Below, piece after piece: positions 33,707-43,002 of a DNA stretch of 64,000 nt. Every line of letters begins with the position of its first letter. Positions within the stretch are counted from its first letter, which is position 1. The notes under the pieces were generated by a model that searched no databases, was not told the origin of the DNA, and saw only the letters and a list, made by a program, of their open reading frames with translations. The stretch spans positions 1-64,000 of the IMG/VR virus record IMGVR_UViG_3300020195_000009; one strand, 5' to 3'. A program made the position numbers and the translations under genes.

Positions 33707-36700
33707 AGACTCCCAGGCGGCAACTTGTTCGGCAACTGAATCGTCGTCGGATCGACTTCGTAGCGAACGTGATTCGCGATGAGGGGGTGCCCTTCGATAC
33801 GGTACAGCTCGGCTGCGGACAACCCTTCGCCGGTTCCGTTCGTTCCGATGAAGAGGGAGCCCCCTTTGGGTACTCCACTCTCAAGGGTTTGGGTCGTGGT
33901 CACAATCGCCAGCATCAACTCATCACCTGCGGAGGCTTCATTTCCGCCTACGTTGGTGACGCTGTTCCGAACGAGGAAGGCTCGCCCTACAAGAACACGG
34001 GACGATTTGTTGAGAACCATCAGGTTGTCGTAGACAACGAAGACTTCACCTCCAGGACGATCTCCGCTGGCCGTAAAGGCCGAGCCTCCTCGGAACGTTC
34101 GGAAGTTGGTGAGGAGAGTGTAGTTCCCGGATTCACCGTCGACTTCAACGACCACTTCACCCGCTTGACCCGCCGCAATAGACGCAGGAAGAAGGTTGAT
34201 TTCGTCTTGTTCGAGGAGCTTAGTTTTGGCAAGGCTGGCCGCTCCAAACCCGACCCCTGTTTTATCCAGGTAGGCAAGCGGGGAGAGGTTCGCGTTCGTG
34301 AAGTAACCCCCTCGGAAGTCCTTGTCCTTCCAAAATCCCCCAAGAGGCAGACGCTCCGAACACCCTAGGTACTCGGGGTTTACCTCAGGGGCCGTTAGGT
34401 CCGAGATAGCCCCCATGAGGATCTTTGGGCGAGGGGCTACGCCACTGGTAGGCGGGTAGACCGTCTGGTCCTCGAAGCCGACGTTCCTGAAATCGTAGAC
34501 GTTGCCGGGGACCACATCCCCAGAGAACCGACCGGACCCCAGCGTTGTGATGAACCCAATGGAGGCTAGGATCTCCAAAGCCTTCTGATTGGGTCTTGTC
34601 AGAGACGCCTCATCAAGCTGCGAAGAAGCGAGCTGATAGGCCGTTGTCGTCTGGAACGGACCAGGACTGTGGCCGAGGTCGAGGTAGTTTGACTGACTCC
34701 CCCACGGATCCCCTAGGTAAGGGGTCCGAGAATAGTTGAGGAGCGCCGTATCCGACGCCGACATCGGACCTGGAAGGATGGATACCGGGCCGAAAATAGC
34801 AACGTCCGTGTTGGTAGAGCGAACTCCCGTGTTTGCCGCTGATCGGTCCCTAGAGAGAACCATCTTGAAAGGTTTGTTCAGGTCGAACGCGCCTCGGTCA
34901 AACCCAAAGATCGACGCCTCCACAACATAGTGTTTTGAGGTGAAGCTCGGGATGGGTACGGGAGACTTCGACAGGTCCAAAGTCTCAGCGTTTAGGATGA
35001 ACGTCGAGTCCCCATCATCGTCGATCTCGATCCAGAAGGTAGGACCGTTAAAGTTCTGACGAAGAAGGTTCACAGCTCCGACGCCCGTTGACTCACGCGT
35101 AGAGGGGTTGACCCCAGACCCATTGGCCTTGTAGTCACTGGCCTCATAGACCGCCCAAATACGAGCGATTCCGTAGAACGGGGGGAGTTCAATACCTTGC
35201 CGCCCAAGACCTCGTGAGTCGGTGAAGAACCGAGACCCGGCATGGGTGATACCCCCAAACGAGAACGTCGAGTTGTACGTCGCTGGAACGATCGTCAGAC
35301 CCGTGAAGTTGCCGGTCGAGATCGAAGCGTAGGACAACGGAACGTTGGTCGTGTAGTTGATGTACTGCTTGCAGTGGTCCGAGTCCGTAACCGACGTATT
35401 CAATCCCTCACGGGATTGAAGCATGAAGTTGACGCCTCGATGGAAGATGGTCCCATTGGCCGGGAGGACCGGCGCATGAACCGCCCCAAACCCTGGGACA
35501 AGATGCCTCGGGAGCTGGACGTAGAAGTTCTTTCTGTTCGCATCCGAATCCGTTGAACCAGAGAAGAGACCGAGCGGGTCCGTTGTCGTCCACTTGGCCG
35601 TCGTCCCGTCAAGCTTGTTGACCGGCATGAGACCTTGCGTGTGGTACACGGAGTACGTGATTCCCGTATCCGTGGGGATGTTTCGGTCCACCGTGAGGGT
35701 CGTAACCCCAACTACCGTTACACGGTAGTGACCCTGCCCAAGACCAGAGGGGATGAACAGAAGGTCGTCCACGACCGCACCAGACGCTCCGAAGTTGGCC
35801 GAACCATCCGTGAAAACGGTGGATCCTGAGGTAAAACCTGTCGTCCCCGTTGCAAACGAGGCCATATGCCGGTTGGTATTTGCCCCATCTTGGGTGCGAA
35901 TACCCGTGGGTGTCGCTGGGTAAGCGATACGACGGAAGGGGGTAAGGATGACCGTCTTGCTCCCAAGGTCGGCGTAGGCTTCTGCTGTGACCGGGAGGAG
36001 CCCTTTGTACTGGTCGCTCCGGTACTTGCTCCAAAGCAAGGCCCATGATGTCCGAAGTGGGTAGTTGGTCGCCGGTACAGCCGAGGGTTGGATCAGCAAG
36101 TCCGAGTTTGGGTTGAACAACGAGATGCTGTGAAGCGAGTCCGGTCGACGAGAGATCCCTCTCCCCGGTCCGTACTGGAGGTGCATCGTGATGTAGACTG
36201 TCTTCGCAAACGGGAACGGGACGCCAGCACCCTTGAACTCGATGACCATGTCATCGACCGGCATTGGGTTGGAAGGAGTGATCGTGAAACGCTCTTGTGG
36301 GATGGGGTCTTCCACCCCATCCACGCGAATTTCAACAGCCCCACGACCTTTACGGATGACGTAGGTGCTCGTTGCAGTCGGTACGGGGCGGTCGGTCGTG
36401 AGAGAGGTCTCTGATTCAACGGAGACGATGCCGTAGGTCCCCTTTGCGGCACCCGTGAAGATGACGAGAAGGTCCCCAGGCTCAACCCCAGGTTGGAGGA
36501 AGTTGATCGTTGTGTCCGTGAACGTTGTGGTGTTTGTAGAGGCACCATTGGCGCTCTCTGCTGGAACTTCGTTCAAGTATCGGACCTGATCCGAATCCGC
36601 ACCGGGGACCGTGTTCTTGAACTGAGCGACCGTAATTTTGATACGGTCTCCAAGCCCATCGTTGTCGGCCAGCTCCGTGTCCCACTGGTTCGCCGCCCGC

Positions 36701-38268
36701 TGACGTGTCGTCAGGGCGTTTATCGTGAGCGACCACGATGCCCCTACCGGCTGCTGAGCTGGAATGATGACGGGGGCCGTGAAGGGGGTGCAGAGAACTT
36801 CCACCTTCTGCTGGGCAGCCGCATCCGAGAAGATCATTCGGATGTTGTCGGGGGAGTCCAGCTTCGTGATACCAAGACCAGCCGCAGAGGAGCTGATCTT
36901 GTCCTCGTAGAAGACAAACGGCCCCTGCGGTCCACCACCCGAACGCTTCCAGTTGGCTCGAAGCTGACCCTTCAGAAGCTTGTCGAGGTTGGCAGCCAGA
37001 AGCGTGTTGTAGTTGAACCCATTGGGGTTCACGATGTGACGGAGATCGAGGATGTCCGTTCCCGCGATCTGGTCCGAGAAGACCCCGTCCGGGCGACCCG
37101 AGAGGATCTTGATGGGAGACCCTGCGTTGTGAGGCTCGGCCTTTGAGCCGTTAGCTCCACGAACAAGGCCGCTCACCGTGGTTCCGGTGATGGCCGTGTA
37201 GGTCAGGTACTCATCCCCAATTTGAACGAGAACCGCTGATGCAGGGGTAGCGGGAAGAGGGATGTCAGCCGCCGAAACCAGAGAGATCGTTGTAGAACTC
37301 TCGGTGATGGCGTTGAGTAGGGTGGGGATCGTAGAGAACGTCTTGATTCCCGTACGATCCGTAGCCGTGGGGTTACGGTTGAAACCACCGTTGAGGTTTT
37401 GGCTTGGATCACCCGCCCAAACGACGGAGTTGCGTCGGAAAACAACGCTGAGGGGGATGGCGTAAGTGTAGCCGTCAACGGTACCTAGAGAGTTGGCCGT
37501 CCCGTCACCTGCACGCCAGAGACCGGGATCTCCAAGCTCTTGCCGCATGTTGGTGAAGGTGAACGCGGTATCTACCGTCGCAGCTCCACGAGCCTTCACA
37601 ATGGTCGGGTCAAACCCAGAGGGGTAGGTTGCAAGACCGATGAGCCCCTTGACGACTCGGACCCGATATTGAACCTGAACTCGTTGGGTCGTCTCGACCC
37701 CAATGGCCGGGTCTTGGATATCGTCCGCAAGGAACGAGTAACCACCCTCAACGTTGCCGTAGCGATAGACGGCTGAGGCGCTGGGTTTGTTGAGGCTTGA
37801 TGGTCCGGGAGGCACCCTCGCCAACCAAACCTCAAGGAACACAAAGTCCGCTCGGAAGTCACCGCTGTTGGATGGGGGTGGGTCGAGCGTGATCTTGTTC
37901 CAGGTGTCCGCGTTGTTGGGAGACCCTGGAGGCGTCCCGGTCTTGGTTCCCGTTACGGGAATAAGCCATCCGTTAACGGCAGCCCACATGATCGACTTGG
38001 TCTCGCCCGTTCGCTGACGGCCGAATCGGAACCAGTTGGACCAGTTGGCGTTCGTGAGGAAGTCTTTGGACGGGTTCGTCTCGTTCCCAAGGAAGCCAGA
38101 GGGTGATCCTCGAAGCACGAGCTGTTGGCGCCAGTCTTGGGAAAGCTGCTGGAGAAGATTCAACTCCGCATCAAGCGGGGGCTTTCCTTGCTGCCACAAG
38201 ACGAGCGAAAAGCCCGTCTGCTTCGGGTCAAGGACCCGCGATACCCCCGTTCCGAGATTGTCAACCAT
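33703..38268 (-). CDS. Large virion structural protein (baseplate/tail associated)
   Basis: 1521 aa, Gly/Thr/Ser/Pro-rich and beta-rich; N-terminal WQQGKPPLDAELN; paralog of 45134..47779. Confidence 0.8.
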   Translation of the reverse strand: MVDNLGTGVSRVLDPKQTGFSLVLWQQGKPPLDAELNLLQQLSQDWRQQLVLRGSPSGFLGNETNPSKDFLTNANWSNWFRFGRQRTGETKSIMWAAVNGWLIPVTGTKTGTPPGSPNNADTWNKITLDPPPSNSGDFRADFVFLEVWLARVPPGPSSLNKPSASAVYRYGNVEGGYSFLADDIQDPAIGVETTQRVQVQYRVRVVKGLIGLATYPSGFDPTIVKARGAATVDTAFTFTNMRQELGDPGLWRAGDGTANSLGTVDGYTYAIPLSVVFRRNSVVWAGDPSQNLNGGFNRNPTATDRTGIKTFSTIPTLLNAITESSTTISLVSAADIPLPATPASAVLVQIGDEYLTYTAITGTTVSGLVRGANGSKAEPHNAGSPIKILSGRPDGVFSDQIAGTDILDLRHIVNPNGFNYNTLLAANLDKLLKGQLRANWKRSGGGPQGPFVFYEDKISSSAAGLGITKLDSPDNIRMIFSDAAAQQKVEVLCTPFTAPVIIPAQQPVGASWSLTINALTTRQRAANQWDTELADNDGLGDRIKITVAQFKNTVPGADSDQVRYLNEVPAESANGASTNTTTFTDTTINFLQPGVEPGDLLVIFTGAAKGTYGIVSVESETSLTTDRPVPTATSTYVIRKGRGAVEIRVDGVEDPIPQERFTITPSNPMPVDDMVIEFKGAGVPFPFAKTVYITMHLQYGPGRGISRRPDSLHSISLFNPNSDLLIQPSAVPATNYPLRTSWALLWSKYRSDQYKGLLPVTAEAYADLGSKTVILTPFRRIAYPATPTGIRTQDGANTNRHMASFATGTTGFTSGSTVFTDGSANFGASGAVVDDLLFIPSGLGQGHYRVTVVGVTTLTVDRNIPTDTGITYSVYHTQGLMPVNKLDGTTAKWTTTDPLGLFSGSTDSDANRKNFYVQLPRHLVPGFGAVHAPVLPANGTIFHRGVNFMLQSREGLNTSVTDSDHCKQYINYTTNVPLSYASISTGNFTGLTIVPATYNSTFSFGGITHAGSRFFTDSRGLGRQGIELPPFYGIARIWAVYEASDYKANGSGVNPSTRESTGVGAVNLLRQNFNGPTFWIEIDDDGDSTFILNAETLDLSKSPVPIPSFTSKHYVVEASIFGFDRGAFDLNKPFKMVLSRDRSAANTGVRSTNTDVAIFGPVSILPGPMSASDTALLNYSRTPYLGDPWGSQSNYLDLGHSPGPFQTTTAYQLASSQLDEASLTRPNQKALEILASIGFITTLGSGRFSGDVVPGNVYDFRNVGFEDQTVYPPTSGVAPRPKILMGAISDLTAPEVNPEYLGCSERLPLGGFWKDKDFRGGYFTNANLSPLAYLDKTGVGFGAASLAKTKLLEQDEINLLPASIAAGQAGEVVVEVDGESGNYTLLTNFRTFRGGSAFTASGDRPGGEVFVVYDNLMVLNKSSRVLVGRAFLVRNSVTNVGGNEASAGDELMLAIVTTTQTLESGVPKGGSLFIGTNGTGEGLSAAELYRIEGHPLIANHVRYEVDPTTIQLPNKLPPGSL

Positions 38269-38328
38269 GGACGTTCATCTCCATCTCTTCTAGCCGAGGC
38301 TGGTTCATTAGAAGAGAACCGCGTCCTC

Positions 38329-38994
38329 TCAAAACAGGACCGCCCACGACCCTATGAGCACTCGATCAGGTACGCCAGTCCCGTGTGCCGTCAATCGAGT
38401 GAACCTCAAAACGATTGAAGTCCCTTGATCCGGGAGAGTCAACGAGACAAGTGACTTGTCAGTCGTGGCCACAAACGTAACACCCCCGTTGAAACTAACC
38501 TCTACGGAGACGTCAAGATCCGGGACCAGCTCCTTATAAGTTCGGACGAACACCTCATCCTTGTCGTCCGTGTCCACGTAGGTAAACAACTCGTAGGTCA
38601 CGAGCCCTTGAGGCGGGCCGGGGGGTGGACCACCCCAAATGATCGCCTGAGGGGTCGTTTGAAGAACTGGAGTATGGGCGGCTGCCAGATTCGTATGGTA
38701 AAGCCCTACGGTACCCTTGTCCCCAAGGGTAACCCCAGTCGTAAGTCCAGTATTTACCCCTGTGGCGTCGAGCATGTCGTCAAAGACGATCTGCGTGAAT
38801 AAACCATGCGACCCAAGGATACCCGTGTACTTCTTTGTGAGTAGATCCGAGAGGTTGGTTGGGTTCCTTACTGCAACGTCATCAGGAACCCGAACAACAT
38901 AGTTCCCAGTGACCGGAGTTAAGGCAGCCCCAGATGCGGAGACGACACCGTTGATAGCATCGTCAAACAAGCTGACTAGGTATTGCGTGGACAT
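38329..38994 (-). CDS. Probable virion structural protein
   Basis: Beta-rich composition within the tail module. Confidence 0.65.
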   Translation of the reverse strand: MSTQYLVSLFDDAINGVVSASGAALTPVTGNYVVRVPDDVAVRNPTNLSDLLTKKYTGILGSHGLFTQIVFDDMLDATGVNTGLTTGVTLGDKGTVGLYHTNLAAAHTPVLQTTPQAIIWGGPPPGPPQGLVTYELFTYVDTDDKDEVFVRTYKELVPDLDVSVEVSFNGGVTFVATTDKSLVSLTLPDQGTSIVLRFTRLTAHGTGVPDRVLIGSWAVLF

Positions 38995-39000
38995 GCTTTG

Positions 39001-39318
39001 TCACCCCCCCATAGACCGCACGACGCACTGCCGACAGGCTTTGATTGAGGCGTTGAGTTGATCAGCGAGCCCCTCCGTAGGTAAGCCGTGGACCTCACAT
39101 TGGACCGGAACGTCATAACGCCCTGGCGCTTGAAACGTCGAGAGGAACGTCTCGATGACAGACCTTTCGTCCTCTCGGGTGGATTCACTAGAGAACCCCC
39201 ATGTCCCATCAGGAGCTTGGTCCGCGAAGACGGTGAGCCCCTCGTAGCTAATCAGGACCCTCGACTCGCCGAAGCTGTGAACGACCTCGTACTCCGTGCT
39301 GGCGATCAGGATGTTCAT
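39001..39318 (-). CDS. Hypothetical protein
   Basis: ORF track; follows the tailspike gene after a 1-nt gap. Confidence 0.5.
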   Translation of the reverse strand: MNILIASTEYEVVHSFGESRVLISYEGLTVFADQAPDGTWGFSSESTREDERSVIETFLSTFQAPGRYDVPVQCEVHGLPTEGLADQLNASIKACRQCVVRSMGG

Positions 39319-39319
39319 A

Positions 39320-42300
39320 CTAGGGGGTCTTCAATGAAGCGTTGTTATGAACCATGAGGGAGGTAGTTAGGAATTTGTAAGCTACGGAGCTTGCGGTGGA
39401 ATGGCCCGTCTCAGCATTTGTGTAGTAGGCGCCACCATTTAGGGTGTCATTTGTTAGAGCCGTACCATTACCGATCTGCAACTGAATGTAATTGAGAATG
39501 TTGTCGAACCCCCCGAACTTACCCCCACAGAAGTTGCCGGAGATGTGAAAAGCCGGCGTACTGGCGACATTCCCACTGATGACGGCAATCCCCGCACCCA
39601 AGGCGCCAATGAATCCAGCGCCGTAGTCTGTATAGACGTAGTTATCGTGAACCACACACTCCATTTTCCGCTGCCAGGTCGTACCTTGGAAATGGATCCC
39701 AATGAAGTTCGATGTGTCTTTTTGAGAAGTGAGGGATTGACAGTTTTTCACAACCAGACGGTTGAAATCGATGCTCGTGGAGACGAGACGGATCCCATAT
39801 TGCGGATCGTAGTTGTTGGGCCAAGTGCCGCCAACGCAACGATACCGCAACCCATCGATGATGATTGGGCCCATCGGACCACCGCTAACAAGCCCGCCGT
39901 TGTGGTCGATGGCAAGCCAGCAATTCTCGATTTTCGGCCGTAGAATTTGAAGGGGGCCGAGGTCCATCGCGAGACCAGTACCGCTTGAACCTCCTCCTGG
40001 ACCCCACGGGAACTTGATGCCGATACCATTGCTCGTGTTGGGGTCAGTGCCTCCAACAAGAGCGGGGTGAATAACCGGGTCCTCGACGACGAGACGTCCC
40101 TCTGGCTGAAGCACGAGGAAGCTTCCCGCAACCCACTGATCGGGGTTAGCTCCCGTAGGGCTCGACGAGGTGTTGTTAACCGTGATGGTGATCCCCCGGA
40201 AGGAGCCGTTAGTTCCTCGATTTACCGTAGACGACCCCAAGCCCCCAGTGATGATGAAAATCCAATGCAGAGGGACGTTCGTGTTGTTAGCACTCCCGGC
40301 TGCACGCGGACTATGGATGTAAATACCATCCACATCTGCCGGACCGCCTTGTGAGTTAGGACCGACAAGGACCAGGTATCCTGCCCGCCCAGCCTTTCGG
40401 TGGAATCGGGTAAAGGAGATGTCGCGAATTACGAGCCCAGAGTCTATATTCGCGGCGCCGGTCGTGTTCTCGATCGAGGTACCGGAAGCGGCGATTGTCG
40501 CCCACCCGTGGTGAATCAAGTTGTCCGTGACCGAGATGTAGTCCGTGCTGCTAAGAGACACTCGCTGGGCTACGGAATAGAAACCGTTACCTCTAAACCC
40601 AGGGGAGGTGTTGAACGCGAGTGTTTCCTGGCCACCACCTACGAACGCTACGTTCTTGACTATTGGCTTGAAGCACTGGAGGAAGAAGGGTACGAAGTCC
40701 GTTCCACGATCGAGCGGAACGGACCATACACCACCCGAGATTTCGACCGTGCCGATGATTGCCCGTTCGGTTGTCGCATTCGCTGCATTGAAGGGGAGCG
40801 GCATCAGATGCAGCAACACGGTGTTGTTGCGGGTATTATCCACGACACTGACCGTACAGTCGAGGAAGCGTACCTTGTCCACGGTTAGTACATCAACCGT
40901 GAGTTCAGGATCAACCGCGAGTACTCCTGCGGAAGTGGCGATAGCCGTGGCCGAAGTAGTGTCAACCGCAGGGAGGTCGATCACACAGTTCTCGAACGCG
41001 ACGTCGCTGACCGTAGCAGCGAGCGAACCCGCACCGAACGTCGTGACGTAAACCACCACTCCACCAGCGGTAGCACTACGCATGTAGCAGTTACGGAACA
41101 CGAAACCCTTCATGCTCGTACCGCTCGCGTAGATCGAGATCGCAGATCGAGGTGCCCCCGCAAAGGGGTGGCTGAGGTCGTTGTTGAACTCGCAGTCCGT
41201 AAAGATCGAAAGAAACGGATTCGGTCCAGTCGTCGATGCCTTGTAGGGCGTCGCGTTGGAGTACGAAATGCTGATCTCCTCAAACAGGCAGCGGTCTGCG
41301 CTGACGGAGCCCTGTGCAGAGAGGTAACCACCCGCCCCATATCTGATCGCGAGATCAGCGAGATGGAGACGCGATCCAGCATTAACACCGATGCAGGTAG
41401 TGATGGAGGAGCCGCCATCAAAAAGGATGTGGGTGGCTTCACGCCCCTCGCCTTGGATAATGACCTCTTTACCCGCTGGGACATTGAAGTTGCTGTTACC
41501 CAGCGTATAATCCCCACCCTTCAAGAAGATCGTCAGCGAATCGTTGAGAGGGGCGGTACCAATCCAGTACGCTATCACCTGTTCGAGAGCGGTCGCTCCG
41601 TTAAAGTCCCCGAACGACTTCACACCGTCACCACACGTGACACCTTGCGCGTTAAGCTTCTTAGTGATGGACTGGGTGCTGTCATCCACCCCCAACGTGT
41701 GAATGTTACGATCGCCTACGGCATTGCCGCTGAGTTGAATCTGCGGCTGACCAACCCCTGTAATCCACTGGTTGACGAACACCCACGAGATACCGTTGTT
41801 GCGTAGAGCCGCAAAGGCGGTGGGGGTCGTTCCGTTCTCGTTCGGGACGTAGAGTCCACGTGCAGTCGAATTCGTGTAAGTGTCCGCGTACCCGGCGGAT
41901 CTCTTGTCGATCGCCCAGAAGACCGCGTACAGATTGAGCCGCCCAGTGGTACCATTAACGCCACCAGCGACCTTGATTTGACCGCTGAGGGTTGGGGCAC
42001 ACGAGAATCGTACTGTACCTGCTGCGTAGTCGATCGTCATCCGCTGATCGTCAGCGGGGATCGCCGGGTCAATGACCGGGTTCAGCGACGTGATCGGACT
42101 CGACAGATCCGGGGCCGTACCCGAGCCGTCGTCGGGGTAGAGAACGACACGATACCCGAGGCCCGATAGCGTTGTGTGAGGGGCCGGAGAAACGTAGACG
42201 GCATCCGCTCGATCGACGGTGGTGTCGAGCGCGTAGCGGGGCGATACGATGTTCCGCACGCGATCGAGGTTGACGGCGTCTGTTGTCGGACCAACCGTGT

Positions 42301-42955
42301 TGTGCAACGTCGAACCAGGAATGACGAACAGGAACGTCTGTTCTTGTCCGACAGGGCCTGAGCCCGGTACGGCAAAAAGTTGGACCGCGTTGGGACGAAC
42401 AATTTGGTACCAGTTGACGGTATTGGCTGCCCAAGAGCCGCCTGTAATGTCCGTGACGGTGAGCGTGGAAAGATTGTCAACGACAGAGACGACAGCCACC
42501 TTGTTACCTTGCGCAGGCATCTCAATGAGGATCAGATCCCCGGCTTGAACTCCATCAGTGATGAAGTCAGCAGCCAAGTCCTGAAACTGAGAGGCCGTCG
42601 GGAAGGCGGTCATTGCGGTGGGACTATCGAACTCCGCGCCGAACGAAATCTCTGTAGGACCGTACCACTCCGCGCTCTCCGAGCCGTTCGGGTAGATGTT
42701 GAGATTCTTTTGGAGGAAATCCCCGGGCTTGCTCGGCGGGAGAACGCTGAGCACCTCCTTTAGCATTATCGAGGCGTTAGAGTAGAACGACTCGGAATTG
42801 ACGTTACCCTTGCCGACGATCCCCTCAGGCAAGAGGGCAGAGTCCCCGATCGTTAGGGCCTTACCCCCGGCCGTGAAGTCTCCACGCCGAAGCTGCTCCA
42901 GCTCCAGTCGCGTGATATTCGAGTAGGCGCCTGTTGAGGTGAAGGTTCCAGCCAT
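39320..42955 (-). CDS. Tailspike/tail-fibre protein with a probable right-handed beta-helix (pectin-lyase-like) region
   Basis: VTCGDGVKSFGDFNGATALEQVIAY...IFLKGGDYTL typical of beta-helix caps; later FxNC/FxDC-type periodic strands. Confidence 0.7.
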   Translation of the reverse strand: MAGTFTSTGAYSNITRLELEQLRRGDFTAGGKALTIGDSALLPEGIVGKGNVNSESFYSNASIMLKEVLSVLPPSKPGDFLQKNLNIYPNGSESAEWYGPTEISFGAEFDSPTAMTAFPTASQFQDLAADFITDGVQAGDLILIEMPAQGNKVAVVSVVDNLSTLTVTDITGGSWAANTVNWYQIVRPNAVQLFAVPGSGPVGQEQTFLFVIPGSTLHNTVGPTTDAVNLDRVRNIVSPRYALDTTVDRADAVYVSPAPHTTLSGLGYRVVLYPDDGSGTAPDLSSPITSLNPVIDPAIPADDQRMTIDYAAGTVRFSCAPTLSGQIKVAGGVNGTTGRLNLYAVFWAIDKRSAGYADTYTNSTARGLYVPNENGTTPTAFAALRNNGISWVFVNQWITGVGQPQIQLSGNAVGDRNIHTLGVDDSTQSITKKLNAQGVTCGDGVKSFGDFNGATALEQVIAYWIGTAPLNDSLTIFLKGGDYTLGNSNFNVPAGKEVIIQGEGREATHILFDGGSSITTCIGVNAGSRLHLADLAIRYGAGGYLSAQGSVSADRCLFEEISISYSNATPYKASTTGPNPFLSIFTDCEFNNDLSHPFAGAPRSAISIYASGTSMKGFVFRNCYMRSATAGGVVVYVTTFGAGSLAATVSDVAFENCVIDLPAVDTTSATAIATSAGVLAVDPELTVDVLTVDKVRFLDCTVSVVDNTRNNTVLLHLMPLPFNAANATTERAIIGTVEISGGVWSVPLDRGTDFVPFFLQCFKPIVKNVAFVGGGQETLAFNTSPGFRGNGFYSVAQRVSLSSTDYISVTDNLIHHGWATIAASGTSIENTTGAANIDSGLVIRDISFTRFHRKAGRAGYLVLVGPNSQGGPADVDGIYIHSPRAAGSANNTNVPLHWIFIITGGLGSSTVNRGTNGSFRGITITVNNTSSSPTGANPDQWVAGSFLVLQPEGRLVVEDPVIHPALVGGTDPNTSNGIGIKFPWGPGGGSSGTGLAMDLGPLQILRPKIENCWLAIDHNGGLVSGGPMGPIIIDGLRYRCVGGTWPNNYDPQYGIRLVSTSIDFNRLVVKNCQSLTSQKDTSNFIGIHFQGTTWQRKMECVVHDNYVYTDYGAGFIGALGAGIAVISGNVASTPAFHISGNFCGGKFGGFDNILNYIQLQIGNGTALTNDTLNGGAYYTNAETGHSTASSVAYKFLTTSLMVHNNASLKTP

Positions 42956-43002
42956 GTGTCCTGTTCGAGCTAAAGGATAAAAAGCCTAGCGACTTTTAGG
43001 GC

